In this document: positions 28,230-37,426 of the stretch, piece by piece | How the letters are laid out: every line of letters starts with the position of its first letter | Position numbering within the stretch: position 1 is the stretch's first letter | Assembly: GCA_038203295.1 (NCBI GenBank) | Contig: JBBREC010000001.1 | Span: 11,699 to 75,698, forward strand | Length of the DNA stretch: 64,000 nt | Origin: Caulobacterales bacterium | GTDB lineage: Bacteria; Pseudomonadota; Alphaproteobacteria; Caulobacterales; Caulobacteraceae | Direction of reading: 5' to 3' | Notes under the pieces: generated by a model | What the model was told of the DNA's origin: nothing | Databases searched by the model: none | What the model saw: only the letters and a program-made list of their open reading frames with translations | Translations under genes and position numbers: made by a program

Positions 28230-30335
28230 ATGTCAGCTCACGAGAGGCTGGATGGGGGCGGCGACACCCTGCTGATCGGGATCCGCGACGGCCGTCCGCA
28301 CCTGGATTACTGGGGTCCGGCGCCGGGGACGCCCGACCCGCGCCTGCTGGAGCGCGCCGGGCCTCACGGCATGCTCGACGCGGGCGAGGCCTTCGACCTG
28401 TTTCCGGAAGCGGGCGTGGGGTTCACGGCGACACCGGCTCTGCAGGTCAGCCGTCCGTCCGGCGGCTTCATCACTCAGCTTGCGCACCGGCAGACCCTGA
28501 CGAGGGACGGCGGTGTTGACCTCGTGCTCGCGGACGACATGGCCGGCGTGGAAGCCGTGCTGGCGGTGGACCTCGACCCGGCCACCGGGGTCACTTCGTT
28601 CCGGACACGGATCTGCAACCTAGGCGGTGAGCCACTGCGCCTCGATTGGGTAAGCCCGGCCGCCCTGGAGCTGCCCGACGGCGAGATCCTGGCCTTCGGC
28701 GGGCGCTGGGCGCGGGAGTTCGACGCCCACCGGTTCCGCCCGGAGGCGGGCGTTTGGGCTTCAGAGGCGCGGACCGGGCGGACGTCGCACCATGCGCCGC
28801 CCTTCCTCGTGGCTGGCGAGGCCGGCTTCAGCGAGCGCCATGGGCGGGTCCTGGGCCTCCACCTTGCCTGGAGCGGCGATCATCGCCTGCTGGTCGAGCG
28901 CCTGCGGGACGGCCGGCTGCAGGCGCAGGCGGGCGAACTGTTCTGGCCTGGCGAGGTCGTGCTTGCGCCCGGCGAAACCTATGACACGCCGGCGCTTTAC
29001 GCGGCGCGTTCGGACGCCGGCCTGAACGGCCTGAGCGACCGCCTGCATCCTTTCGTCCGCGACCGGATCCTGGAGGGAAGGCTGCGCGACAGGCCGCGGC
29101 CCGTCCACTTCAACACCTGGGAGGCCGTGTACTTCCGCCACGACCTCGCAGAGTTGACGGCCCTGGCCGACAGCGCCGCCGCGGTCGGGGCGGAGCGGTT
29201 TGTGCTCGACGACGGCTGGTTCCGCGGCCGTAACGACGACACCGCCGCCCTTGGCGATTGGACGCCGGACCCGATCAAGTATCCCGCGGGGCTGGGCCCG
29301 CTGGTCGACCACGTGCGCGGCCTGGGTCTTGAGTTCGGACTTTGGGTCGAGCCGGAGATGGCCAACGCCGACTCCGATCTCCTGCGCGCCCACCCTGACT
29401 GGATCCTCGGGGAGCCGGGCCGCGTCCAGCCGCTGGGCCGCGGACAGTATGTGCTCGACCTGACGCGCGCGGAGGTCTCCGAGGCGATCTTCGGGCAGAT
29501 CGACGTCCTGCTGGCAGGCCAGCCCATCAGCTACCTGAAGTGGGATATGAACCGCGACCTGACGCATCCCGCCAGCCGGGGGAGGCCCGCTAGCCACGCA
29601 CAGACCCAGGCGGTCTACGCCCTGATCGACCGGCTGCGGGCGGCGCATCCCGGCGTGGAGATCGAGTCCTGCGCCTCGGGCGGGGGGCGGGCGGACTATG
29701 AGATCCTGCGCCGGACCGACCGCATATGGACATCGGACTGCAACGATCCGATCGAGCGTCAGTCGATCCAGCAGAGGTTCTCGATCTTCTTCCCGCCGGA
29801 GGTCATGGGCGCCCACGTTGGTCCGGCCGCCAGCCACACGACCGCGCGGACCAGCAGCCTCGACCTCCGGGCCATGACAGCCCTGTTCGGGCACATGGGC
29901 GTCGAGGCCGACATCCGAGCCTTCGCCCCCAGCGAACTGGAGGCGCTCAAGGCCGCTGTCGCTTTGCACAAGGCGTTGCGGCCGCTGCTTCACGGGGGCC
30001 GCCTGGTCCGCCAGACGCCGCCCGATCCTGGGGCGATCGCCTTCGCGGTGGTCGGCGAGGCGGGCGCCGTGGCCAGCCTGGCCCAGATCGACACCCCGCG
30101 CACGGCCGGGGCCGCACCGTTCCGGCTGGCCGGCCTGGACGCCGACACGCTCTACGATGTCCGACTGATCAATCCCCCACGGCGGGCGCGGGCGGCGATG
30201 AAGCGGGTTCCAGCCCTGGTCCGGGGCGAGACGGTCCGGGCCACCGGCCAGTGGATCGCGCATGCGGGGCTGCCGACCCCGATCCTCCGCGCCGGCGAGA
30301 TCGCGGTCTATCATCTGGCCCGGAGCGCGGCATGA
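28230..30335 (+). CDS. alpha-galactosidase, GH36
   Basis: FVLDDGWFRGRNDDTAALGDW, KWDMNRD and CASGGGRADYE catalytic-region motifs. The ATG directly follows the symporter TAG. Confidence 0.93.
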   Translation: MSAHERLDGGGDTLLIGIRDGRPHLDYWGPAPGTPDPRLLERAGPHGMLDAGEAFDLFPEAGVGFTATPALQVSRPSGGFITQLAHRQTLTRDGGVDLVLADDMAGVEAVLAVDLDPATGVTSFRTRICNLGGEPLRLDWVSPAALELPDGEILAFGGRWAREFDAHRFRPEAGVWASEARTGRTSHHAPPFLVAGEAGFSERHGRVLGLHLAWSGDHRLLVERLRDGRLQAQAGELFWPGEVVLAPGETYDTPALYAARSDAGLNGLSDRLHPFVRDRILEGRLRDRPRPVHFNTWEAVYFRHDLAELTALADSAAAVGAERFVLDDGWFRGRNDDTAALGDWTPDPIKYPAGLGPLVDHVRGLGLEFGLWVEPEMANADSDLLRAHPDWILGEPGRVQPLGRGQYVLDLTRAEVSEAIFGQIDVLLAGQPISYLKWDMNRDLTHPASRGRPASHAQTQAVYALIDRLRAAHPGVEIESCASGGGRADYEILRRTDRIWTSDCNDPIERQSIQQRFSIFFPPEVMGAHVGPAASHTTARTSSLDLRAMTALFGHMGVEADIRAFAPSELEALKAAVALHKALRPLLHGGRLVRQTPPDPGAIAFAVVGEAGAVASLAQIDTPRTAGAAPFRLAGLDADTLYDVRLINPPRRARAAMKRVPALVRGETVRATGQWIAHAGLPTPILRAGEIAVYHLARSAA

Positions 30336-32281
30336 AACTGGGCGTCTGCTACTATCCGGAACACTGGTCGGAAGACCTTTGGGCGGACGACGCCCGGCGC
30401 ATCGCAGAGCTCGGCATCGCCTGGGTCCGGATCGGCGAATTCGCCTGGAGCCGCATCGAGCCGGAACCCGGCCAATTCGACTGGGCCTGGCTGGACCGGG
30501 CGGTGGAAACACTCGCCGCGGCGGGCCTCAAGATCGTCATGTGCACGCCCACCGCCACGCCGCCCAAGTGGCTTGTGGATGCCGATCCCGACATGCTTGC
30601 TGTGGACGCGGACGGCCGGCCAAGGGGCTTCGGCTCACGCCGCCACTATTGCTTTTCCAGCGAGGCTTATCGCGTTGAATGCGCGCGGATTATCGAGGCG
30701 GTCGCCGGCCGCTATGGACGCCACCCCGCGGTCGGCGCCTGGCAGACCGACAACGAATTCGGCTGTCACGACACCACGATCAGCTATTCGGCCAATGCAG
30801 CGCGGGCGTTCCGGATCTGGCTGGCGCAGCGCTACCAGTCCGTACAGGCGCTGAACCGCGCCTGGGGCGCGGTCTTCTGGTCGCAGGAATACCGCGACTT
30901 CGACGACGTCGAGCCGCCGAACCTGACCGTCACCGAGGCCAATCCCAGTCACCGGCTAGACTACAACCGCTTCGCCTCGGGCGAAGTGGCGAGCTTCAAT
31001 CGCCTGCAGGTGGAGATCCTACGCAGGCTGTCGCCTGAGCGTGACATCACCCACAACTTCATGGGTTTCTACACGGAATTCGATCACTTCGCCGTCGGCC
31101 GTGACCTGGACCTGGCGAGCTGGGATTCCTATCCCCTTGGGTTCCTGGAGCAGTTCTGGTTCCCCGAGGACGAGAAGCTGCGCTACCTCCGCCAGGGTCA
31201 CCCGGACATCTCCGCCTTCCATCACGACCTCTATCGCGGGGTGGGTCGCGGCCGATGGTGGGTGATGGAACAGCAGCCAGGACCAGTGAACTGGGCCCGC
31301 TACAATCCGGCGCCGCTGCCCGGCATGGTGCGCTCCTGGACGTGGGAAGCCTTCGCTCACGGGGCGGAGGTGGTCTCCTATTTCCGTTGGCGCCAGGCGC
31401 CCTTCGCTCAGGAGCAGATGCACGCCGGTCTGAACCGTCCGGACAATGTGCTGGACCGTGGTGGTGAGGAGGCCGGGGAGGTCGCCGCCGAACTGGCCGG
31501 ACTTGGAGCGCTGGAGCCCTGCCGCCGCGCGCCGATGGCCCTGGTGTTCAGCTATGAGGCGGACTGGCAGTTTGGCATCCAGCCGCACGCCAAGGGCTTC
31601 CGCTGGCTGCAACTGGCGTTCGAGATGTATTCGGCCGTGCGCCGCCTGGGCCTGGACATCGACATCGTGCCGCCAGATGCGGATTTCACCGGCTACGCAT
31701 TGGTCGTGGCGCCGTCGCTGCCGATCCTGGACGAGGCGACGCTGGGCGCGCTGGCGGCGTCCGACGCCGTGGTCCTGTTCGGGCCGAGGACCGGCTCGCG
31801 CACCCGCGAAGGCCACATCCCCGCAAACCTGCCGCCTGGAACGCTGCAAGGCCGGCTGCCACTGCGGGTGACCCGGGTGGAAAGCCTCAGGCCGGGCGCA
31901 GGACCGATAGTGGAACATTCGGGGCAAACTTTCGTTGGGCGGCTATGGCGGGAGGTCGTCGAAACCGACCTTCCGCCGCTGGCCGCGTTCGCGGATGGCG
32001 GCGTGGCATGGGCGGCCCGCGAGTCGTGGCACTATCTGGCGACCTGGCCGGAGACTGCCTTGCTCGACCTCGTCATCGCCCGCGTCGCTCTGGAGGCGAA
32101 CCTGCCTGTCAGAACGCTCGACGAGGGCGTCCGGCTGCGGGACCGCGGGGATGTGCGGTTCGCCTTCAATTTCGCGCCCCAAGCGCGCCGGACCCCGGCG
32201 CCGACTGGCGCGCATTACCTGCTGGGCGGGCCCGACCTGCCGCCGGCGGGGGTGGCGGCCTGGCGGATCGAGACGGCATGA
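30332..32281 (+). CDS. beta-galactosidase, GH42
   Basis: MKLGVCYYPEHW....IGEFAWSRIEP..G.FDW, TDNEFGCHD, and the MEQQPGPVNW nucleophile region. ATGA overlap with the GH36 stop. Confidence 0.93.
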   Translation: MKLGVCYYPEHWSEDLWADDARRIAELGIAWVRIGEFAWSRIEPEPGQFDWAWLDRAVETLAAAGLKIVMCTPTATPPKWLVDADPDMLAVDADGRPRGFGSRRHYCFSSEAYRVECARIIEAVAGRYGRHPAVGAWQTDNEFGCHDTTISYSANAARAFRIWLAQRYQSVQALNRAWGAVFWSQEYRDFDDVEPPNLTVTEANPSHRLDYNRFASGEVASFNRLQVEILRRLSPERDITHNFMGFYTEFDHFAVGRDLDLASWDSYPLGFLEQFWFPEDEKLRYLRQGHPDISAFHHDLYRGVGRGRWWVMEQQPGPVNWARYNPAPLPGMVRSWTWEAFAHGAEVVSYFRWRQAPFAQEQMHAGLNRPDNVLDRGGEEAGEVAAELAGLGALEPCRRAPMALVFSYEADWQFGIQPHAKGFRWLQLAFEMYSAVRRLGLDIDIVPPDADFTGYALVVAPSLPILDEATLGALAASDAVVLFGPRTGSRTREGHIPANLPPGTLQGRLPLRVTRVESLRPGAGPIVEHSGQTFVGRLWREVVETDLPPLAAFADGGVAWAARESWHYLATWPETALLDLVIARVALEANLPVRTLDEGVRLRDRGDVRFAFNFAPQARRTPAPTGAHYLLGGPDLPPAGVAAWRIETA

Positions 32282-32895
32282 CCTTGGCCGAGCCCCGCAA
32301 ACGCACGCGCCTCGCGCCCGAGGCCCGCCGCGACCAGATCCTGGACGTGGCCGCGCGGCTGATCCTGGATGAGGGCCTCTACGCCGTCAGCATGGAGCGG
32401 CTGGCGCGCGACGTCGGGATCAGCAAGGGCCTAGTCTACAACTACTTTGCGACCCGGGACGCGCTTCTGACGGCGCTGCTCTCGCGTGAACAGGCTGAAC
32501 TTCGCGACCGGGGGATGGCCAGTGCGCTCCAGGCCCAGACCTACGTCGACCTGATCCGACAGACGACCCGGCTCTATCTGGAGCAGACCCGCGACCGGGG
32601 CGGCCTGGTCGCCGCCCTGCTTTCGGATCCGTCGGTGGCCAAGCTGATGCAGGAAGAGGGCCGCGCTGAGCGGGACAGAACCATACGGTATTTCGTCCGA
32701 GCGACCCGACGGGCCTATGACCTGCCGCTTCCTCTGGCGATCGCCGCTGTCGAGCTGCTTTCGGCCGTGACGGATCGCGCCGGCAAGCTGGTCGCGGATG
32801 GTCTGATGGACGTCGATTCGGCGACCGAACTCTGCGTCGAGCTGATCACCGGGGGCCTGGCCGGCGTCAACCGCGACCGACCCCTGAAGAGGTAA
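32278..32895 (+). CDS. TetR family transcriptional regulator
   Basis: RRDQILDVAARLILDEGLYAVSMERLARDVGISKGLVYNYFATRDALL HTH region. ATGA overlap with the GH42 stop. Confidence 0.9.
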   Translation: MTLAEPRKRTRLAPEARRDQILDVAARLILDEGLYAVSMERLARDVGISKGLVYNYFATRDALLTALLSREQAELRDRGMASALQAQTYVDLIRQTTRLYLEQTRDRGGLVAALLSDPSVAKLMQEEGRAERDRTIRYFVRATRRAYDLPLPLAIAAVELLSAVTDRAGKLVADGLMDVDSATELCVELITGGLAGVNRDRPLKR

Positions 32896-32904
32896 AGAGC
32901 GCCG

Positions 32905-33699
32905 CTACTGCGCGTGCAGGAACGCTCGCACGGCCGACAGATAGTCGGGGAAATTCTCCCGGCGGACATTGTGACCGGCATCGCCGATCCGGACGGTCTG
33001 GACGTTGGCGTTCAGGGACATGGCCTCCGCCGCGATGGCCGGGGTGACCAGGCCCCCACGCTCCGCGTCGCCATGGATCAGTAGTGTGGGGGCGTCGATG
33101 CGGTCGATCTGCGCTTGCCAGGGTGTGGCGTAGGCGGGGAAGGCTTCGGGGTCGACCTGTCGCTTGGCGGCCGTCCAGGCGGGGAAATCGTCCCCATGCC
33201 AGTTGGGCGAGGTCGTCCGTCCCATGGTGGTGATCTCAGCCTCGGTCATGGACCGGAACCGTTCCACCTGTTCACGGAACTTCCGGCGGCGGAGCTCGGT
33301 CGCCGAGGCGTCAGCCAGGGGGAGGAAGGGCGGATCTTCCAGAACGACCTTCGAGATCCCCCCGGGATGAGCGTTGGCATAAGCCGCGGTCGCCCGGGCG
33401 CCGACCGAATGCCCCATGACGATGGGCATTTCCAGGCCCAGCCCCTCAATCGCCTGGCCGATGTCGCGGGCCGGATCGTGAGGCTCCGCGACGGGCAGCC
33501 TGGAGCTGTCGCCATGGCCGCGCCCATCCAGCATGATGATGTCGAACTCGGCCTCCAGCGCCGAAGTCAGGCGGCTCCAGCACAGGCCGTTGTCCGTAAG
33601 GCCGTGCGACAGCACCAGCGGTGGGCCATCGCCGCCGGTGCGGTTATAGGCGAGGAAACCGCCGGAGACGGCGACAGTCCCGGTCCGCCAGGCGGTCAT
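32905..33699 (-). CDS. alpha/beta hydrolase
   Basis: HGLTDNG oxyanion region, nucleophile elbow GHSVGA, and a C-terminal GHNVRREN histidine region. Confidence 0.85.
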   Translation of the reverse strand: MTAWRTGTVAVSGGFLAYNRTGGDGPPLVLSHGLTDNGLCWSRLTSALEAEFDIIMLDGRGHGDSSRLPVAEPHDPARDIGQAIEGLGLEMPIVMGHSVGARATAAYANAHPGGISKVVLEDPPFLPLADASATELRRRKFREQVERFRSMTEAEITTMGRTTSPNWHGDDFPAWTAAKRQVDPEAFPAYATPWQAQIDRIDAPTLLIHGDAERGGLVTPAIAAEAMSLNANVQTVRIGDAGHNVRRENFPDYLSAVRAFLHAQ

Positions 33700-33724
33700 G
33701 ATCCGCGTTTCGGTGGCGCCGCGC

Positions 33725-34690
33725 CTACCAAGCGTAGGCCTCCGGCGCCGGACCGAACCCTGGGAAAATGCCCTCGATCCGCGTCAAGGTCTCGTCGTCC
33801 AGCCGGATGTCAGGGACGTGCAGCACGGAAGTCAGCTGGTCGCGGCTTCGGGGACCGATGATCGTCGCCGTGATCCCCGGCTGCCCCAGCAGCCAGGCCA
33901 GGGCCACCGCGCTTGGGGAGTGGCCCAGGCCATCGCAGAGCGAGCCGAAGCGGGTGAGCTGCCCTTCGCGGGCGGCGGCGGCCTTGACCGCGTCCTCCGA
34001 TCCGCGCCGCCCGCCGGGATCACCGCCGCCGCCAGCAAGCAGTCCGCCCGCCAGGGGACTCCAGGTGATGACACCGACGCCGTACGCGCGGCAGGCCGGA
34101 ACCACCTCAAGCTCGGCGCGGCGTTCGATGAGGTTGTAGAGGCTCTGCTCCGAGATGAGCCCCAGACGCTGCCCGGCGATGGCCTTCTCGTTGGCTCGGG
34201 CGATCGCCCATCCCGGGAAGTTGCTGGAGCCCACGTAGGTAATCTTGCCCTGGGCGATCAGCCGGTCCACTGCCTGCCAGATCTCTTCGATCGGCGCGGT
34301 CCGGTCGATATGATGCATCTGGTAGAGGTCGATGTGATCAACGCCGAGGCGCCGGAGGCTGGCGTCGCAGGCCATCTGGATATGCCGCGCCGACAGGCCG
34401 CGGTCGTTGATGTCGTCCGACATCGGCTCGTGGACCTTGGTAGCGAGCACGATCCGGTCCCGCCGGCTGCGATCCTCCGCGAGCCAGCGGCCGAGCAAGG
34501 TCTCGGTGGTTCCGACCCCCAGATGGCCGCCGTACTGGTCGGCGGTATCGATGAAGTTGATCCCGGCCTCGACCGCAGCGTTCAGGATCGCGAAGCTGTC
34601 CGGCTCGGAGGTGCGGGGACCGAAGTTCATAGTGCCGAGACAGAGCTCGCTCACCTTCAGCGCGGAACGGCCAAGCTGGCGGTATTTCAT
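33725..34690 (-). CDS. aldo/keto reductase
   Basis: Begins MKYRQLGRSALKVSELCLGTMNFG, with FIDTADQYG, LATKV, VDHIDLYQMHH, YVGSSNF and ITWSPLAGG. The ORF-track start at 34918 is an extension. Confidence 0.9.
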   Translation of the reverse strand: MKYRQLGRSALKVSELCLGTMNFGPRTSEPDSFAILNAAVEAGINFIDTADQYGGHLGVGTTETLLGRWLAEDRSRRDRIVLATKVHEPMSDDINDRGLSARHIQMACDASLRRLGVDHIDLYQMHHIDRTAPIEEIWQAVDRLIAQGKITYVGSSNFPGWAIARANEKAIAGQRLGLISEQSLYNLIERRAELEVVPACRAYGVGVITWSPLAGGLLAGGGGDPGGRRGSEDAVKAAAAREGQLTRFGSLCDGLGHSPSAVALAWLLGQPGITATIIGPRSRDQLTSVLHVPDIRLDDETLTRIEGIFPGFGPAPEAYAW

Positions 34691-34712
34691 GTCGCGCTCC
34701 CCGGCGGCGGGT

Positions 34713-35675
34713 TCATGGCGCCCGCAGAGTGGGACCGGTGACCAGCGCCTCGCTGGAATCGGCGACACAGTGCCGGACGATGCGCTGGGCCTGTTCGGAC
34801 AGCTTTCTGTAGTCGTCGTAGGTAATGCCTGGAACGATCGGCTCCCGGAACCAGGGCGCGTAAAATTCCAGATTGGGGATCGATCGGATCGCGTGAGAGA
34901 CGTTCGGCGTTCCGCCATGCCAGGCGCGGACGTCGCGGATCATGATGGCGCCGGCGGGCGCGGGGCAGACGGTGCTAAGACGCATCCATTCGGGCTCCTC
35001 GGCCAGGGTCGGGATCGGTGTCCGGGAATGCTGGGTTCCGGGGATCTGTCTCGTGGGACCGTTCTGGCGTGTCACGTCCTGGGGCAGGAAATTTACGCAC
35101 AGGTAGGGGCAGGGCAGGTCGCGGATGGTCAGTTGGCCGCGGGGATCATGGAAGGCGCTGAACGGCGTGGCTGCGTTGCTGTTCCAGTCGCGGACGTCGG
35201 AATGCAGAGGCTGGTATTCCACCGCCCCGGGCAGGCAGAAGTCGCCGCTGGCGGCCCGCAGCACGTAGTCCGGCGACCCGAAGATGGCGGTGACCAGCTC
35301 CGTGACGATCGGGATATCTAGCAGCATCTGCCATTCGGGCCGGTGGAGCTGGCTGCGGGTGAGGCTCGAGCCGCCGAACGAGTAGCGGTGCGAGCCGCGG
35401 TTGCCCTTTCGCCCGTCGTCAAGCGCAAGGATCTCGCCCGCCACATCAGCACAGCCGTTCGCGAGAATATCGACCTTTGCGCTGTCCAGTACGTCGGCGA
35501 TGACAACGAAGCCGTCGCGGCGGAAGAGTTCGACGGCGTGGCGCGCGTCGGCCGGCTCGAGAATTTCCAGCCCCCGGATACCTGTGTTGGCCTCCAGGTA
35601 GGCCCGCAGCGCGAGGACGTCAGGATCCTGCAGCCAGGCGTCGCCGGCTGGGGTCAGTTGCCTTGCATTCTCCAT
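34713..35675 (-). CDS. phytanoyl-CoA dioxygenase (PhyH) family Fe(II)/2-oxoglutarate oxygenase
   Basis: FRRDGFVVIADVL N-terminal region, the iron-ligand-type segment YQPLHSDVRDW, and late RAWHGGTPN. GGGAG RBS 7 nt upstream. Confidence 0.78.
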   Translation of the reverse strand: MENARQLTPAGDAWLQDPDVLALRAYLEANTGIRGLEILEPADARHAVELFRRDGFVVIADVLDSAKVDILANGCADVAGEILALDDGRKGNRGSHRYSFGGSSLTRSQLHRPEWQMLLDIPIVTELVTAIFGSPDYVLRAASGDFCLPGAVEYQPLHSDVRDWNSNAATPFSAFHDPRGQLTIRDLPCPYLCVNFLPQDVTRQNGPTRQIPGTQHSRTPIPTLAEEPEWMRLSTVCPAPAGAIMIRDVRAWHGGTPNVSHAIRSIPNLEFYAPWFREPIVPGITYDDYRKLSEQAQRIVRHCVADSSEALVTGPTLRAP

Positions 35676-35706
35676 ATTCGAGCTCCCGATGCGATGCCCT
35701 CAGACC

Positions 35707-35736
35707 TATTATAATAACCGTCAATAACTAACTCAA
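35707..35736 (-). promoter_or_regulatory. sigma70-like promoter (TTGAGT-N17-TATAAT) containing motif copy A (AGTTATTGACG-gttat-TATAATA)
   Basis: Sharp AT-rich island in a GC-rich background. The -10 lies at 35708-35713 and the -35 at 35731-35736, 32 nt upstream of the PhyH ATG. Confidence 0.45.
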
Positions 35737-35777
35737 GGCCCCGGCACAAGCTTTCCGCGCTCGGATGGCGCCACGCA

Positions 35778-37289
35778 TCACAAGAACGGCGCGGCGGCCG
35801 GGTCGCCCGCCTGCGAGCGGCGCTTCCGCCGGAGCGCGGTGGCGATGTCGGCGTGTCGCGCGCGGGTGATGCTGTACGACGCGAAGATTAGCATCGAGAT
35901 TACCGCGACGACGGCCGGAAGGGGACCCCAGACCAGCACAAGCCGGACCTTCACGTCATGCGGCAGCACGGCGCCGACCCTTTGGCCGATGTCGCTGGGG
36001 AACCGGATGAGGTCGAGCGCGGTCCCGGCCAGGAGGACGCCAATGCCGACGGCAGCCTTGTTGGCGAAGCCGAGGCCGGCAAAATAGAGCCCCTCCCGGC
36101 GGCGGCCGAAGAGGTGTTCGTGTTCGTCCGCGGCGTCGGCCATCATCGAGGGATAGGCGACGCTGACGAAACCGATCCCGATTCCAGCGACGAAGGAGTT
36201 GAGCTGCATCGGGGCCAGGGCTGCATCGCCGATCGGGCTGTAAACGCCGAGCAGCCATGAGCCCTGCATCACCAGCCAGTTGGCGATCAGCAGCGAAAGC
36301 CCGAGCAGGACCACCTGCTTCTTCTCGAGGCGCAACTGGATCCTCGGCGCGGCGCCCACGCCCAGCAGCAGCCCGGCCATGAAGGCGTAGCTGATGAACT
36401 GGATATTCTCGCTCTTTAACCGCCAGACGAACACGAAGGCGTGGCTGTTCAGCGTCGCGTTCAGACCCTGGGCCAAGTAGGTGATCACGGCGGAGACGAA
36501 GAGCAGGCGAAACGAACGGTTGGCGAAGATTTCCTTCACCTCCACGGGAAGCCGGCGCCACATCGGCTGGGCGATCTGCTCGGGCTGCGGGAGCGACCCG
36601 GCGTAGCGGCTCACACCGAGGCAGCAGGCGGTCATACAGGCGCACAGGATCGCGGCCGCGGACCAGCCGAATCCGGGATAGCCGGCCGCGCGCTGCAGTC
36701 CCCCGTTGGCGAAGAACACCGAGAACCCGAGGGCGGTAATAGCAAGGCCAGAGAGGATCCCGGCGGCGGACCTATAGACCACGACGCTGGTGCGCTCGGC
36801 ATAGTCGGTGGTCAGTTCCGCGCCCAGGGCGACGTAGGGCACGTGGAACAGGGAGATCGCGCTGCGTCCGGCGACCGACAGGACCGCGAGCCAGGCGAAC
36901 AGGAGCGGCTGGCTAAGGCCCGCCGGAGGCGAGAACAGCAGGCCAAGCGACAGGGTGGTCAGGGGAATCGCTGCGATCATCAGCGGCAATCGACGCCCAA
37001 GACGCGACCTGATGTTGTCCGACCAGGATCCGATCATGGGATCCACAAACGCGTCGAAGGCCAGGCCCACCGCCAGCGCCACACCGACCAGCGCGCCCGA
37101 CAGGCCCAGCACGACCGAGTAGTAGAAAAACACAAACCCCACCGCGGTATCGAAACCGCCCGACTGAGCCGCCTGTCCCAGGCTGTAGAAGATCTTCTGA
37201 GCCATGGTCGGGCGGATGGGAGCGTCCTCCGCGACCCGCGCGACCGTCGCTGCGCCGGCTGCGCTGATCTCCCCACCAGACCGTTCCAT
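35778..37289 (-). CDS. MFS transporter, glycoside-pentoside-hexuronide (GPH, MelB/YihO-like) family
   Basis: KIFYSLGQAAQSGGFDTAVGFVFFYYSVVLGLS....DAFVDPMIGSWSDNIRSRLGRRLP is the GPH N-terminal signature. The start may be ATG at 37205 instead of 37289. Confidence 0.85.
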   Translation of the reverse strand: MERSGGEISAAGAATVARVAEDAPIRPTMAQKIFYSLGQAAQSGGFDTAVGFVFFYYSVVLGLSGALVGVALAVGLAFDAFVDPMIGSWSDNIRSRLGRRLPLMIAAIPLTTLSLGLLFSPPAGLSQPLLFAWLAVLSVAGRSAISLFHVPYVALGAELTTDYAERTSVVVYRSAAGILSGLAITALGFSVFFANGGLQRAAGYPGFGWSAAAILCACMTACCLGVSRYAGSLPQPEQIAQPMWRRLPVEVKEIFANRSFRLLFVSAVITYLAQGLNATLNSHAFVFVWRLKSENIQFISYAFMAGLLLGVGAAPRIQLRLEKKQVVLLGLSLLIANWLVMQGSWLLGVYSPIGDAALAPMQLNSFVAGIGIGFVSVAYPSMMADAADEHEHLFGRRREGLYFAGLGFANKAAVGIGVLLAGTALDLIRFPSDIGQRVGAVLPHDVKVRLVLVWGPLPAVVAVISMLIFASYSITRARHADIATALRRKRRSQAGDPAAAPFL

Positions 37290-37353
37290 GACGCGCGCCC
37301 TCCCTACTGACGGTGATTGTAATTGGACTTGACGCCCTCGCCAGTCCCGCCCA

Positions 37354-37376
37354 AGTTATTGACGATAGTTACAATA
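37354..37376 (+). promoter_or_regulatory. AT-rich promoter/operator motif, copy B (AGTTATTGACG-atagt-TACAATA)
   Basis: Also forms TTATTG-N10-CAATAA. The -10-like TACAAT lies 51 nt upstream of the truncated TonB-receptor ATG, in the divergent region shared with the GPH transporter. Confidence 0.4.
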
Positions 37377-37426
37377 AAAACACTGGCGAACAAGGGGGAT
37401 GCCCCGCCGCCAGAGGGGAGAGCGAA

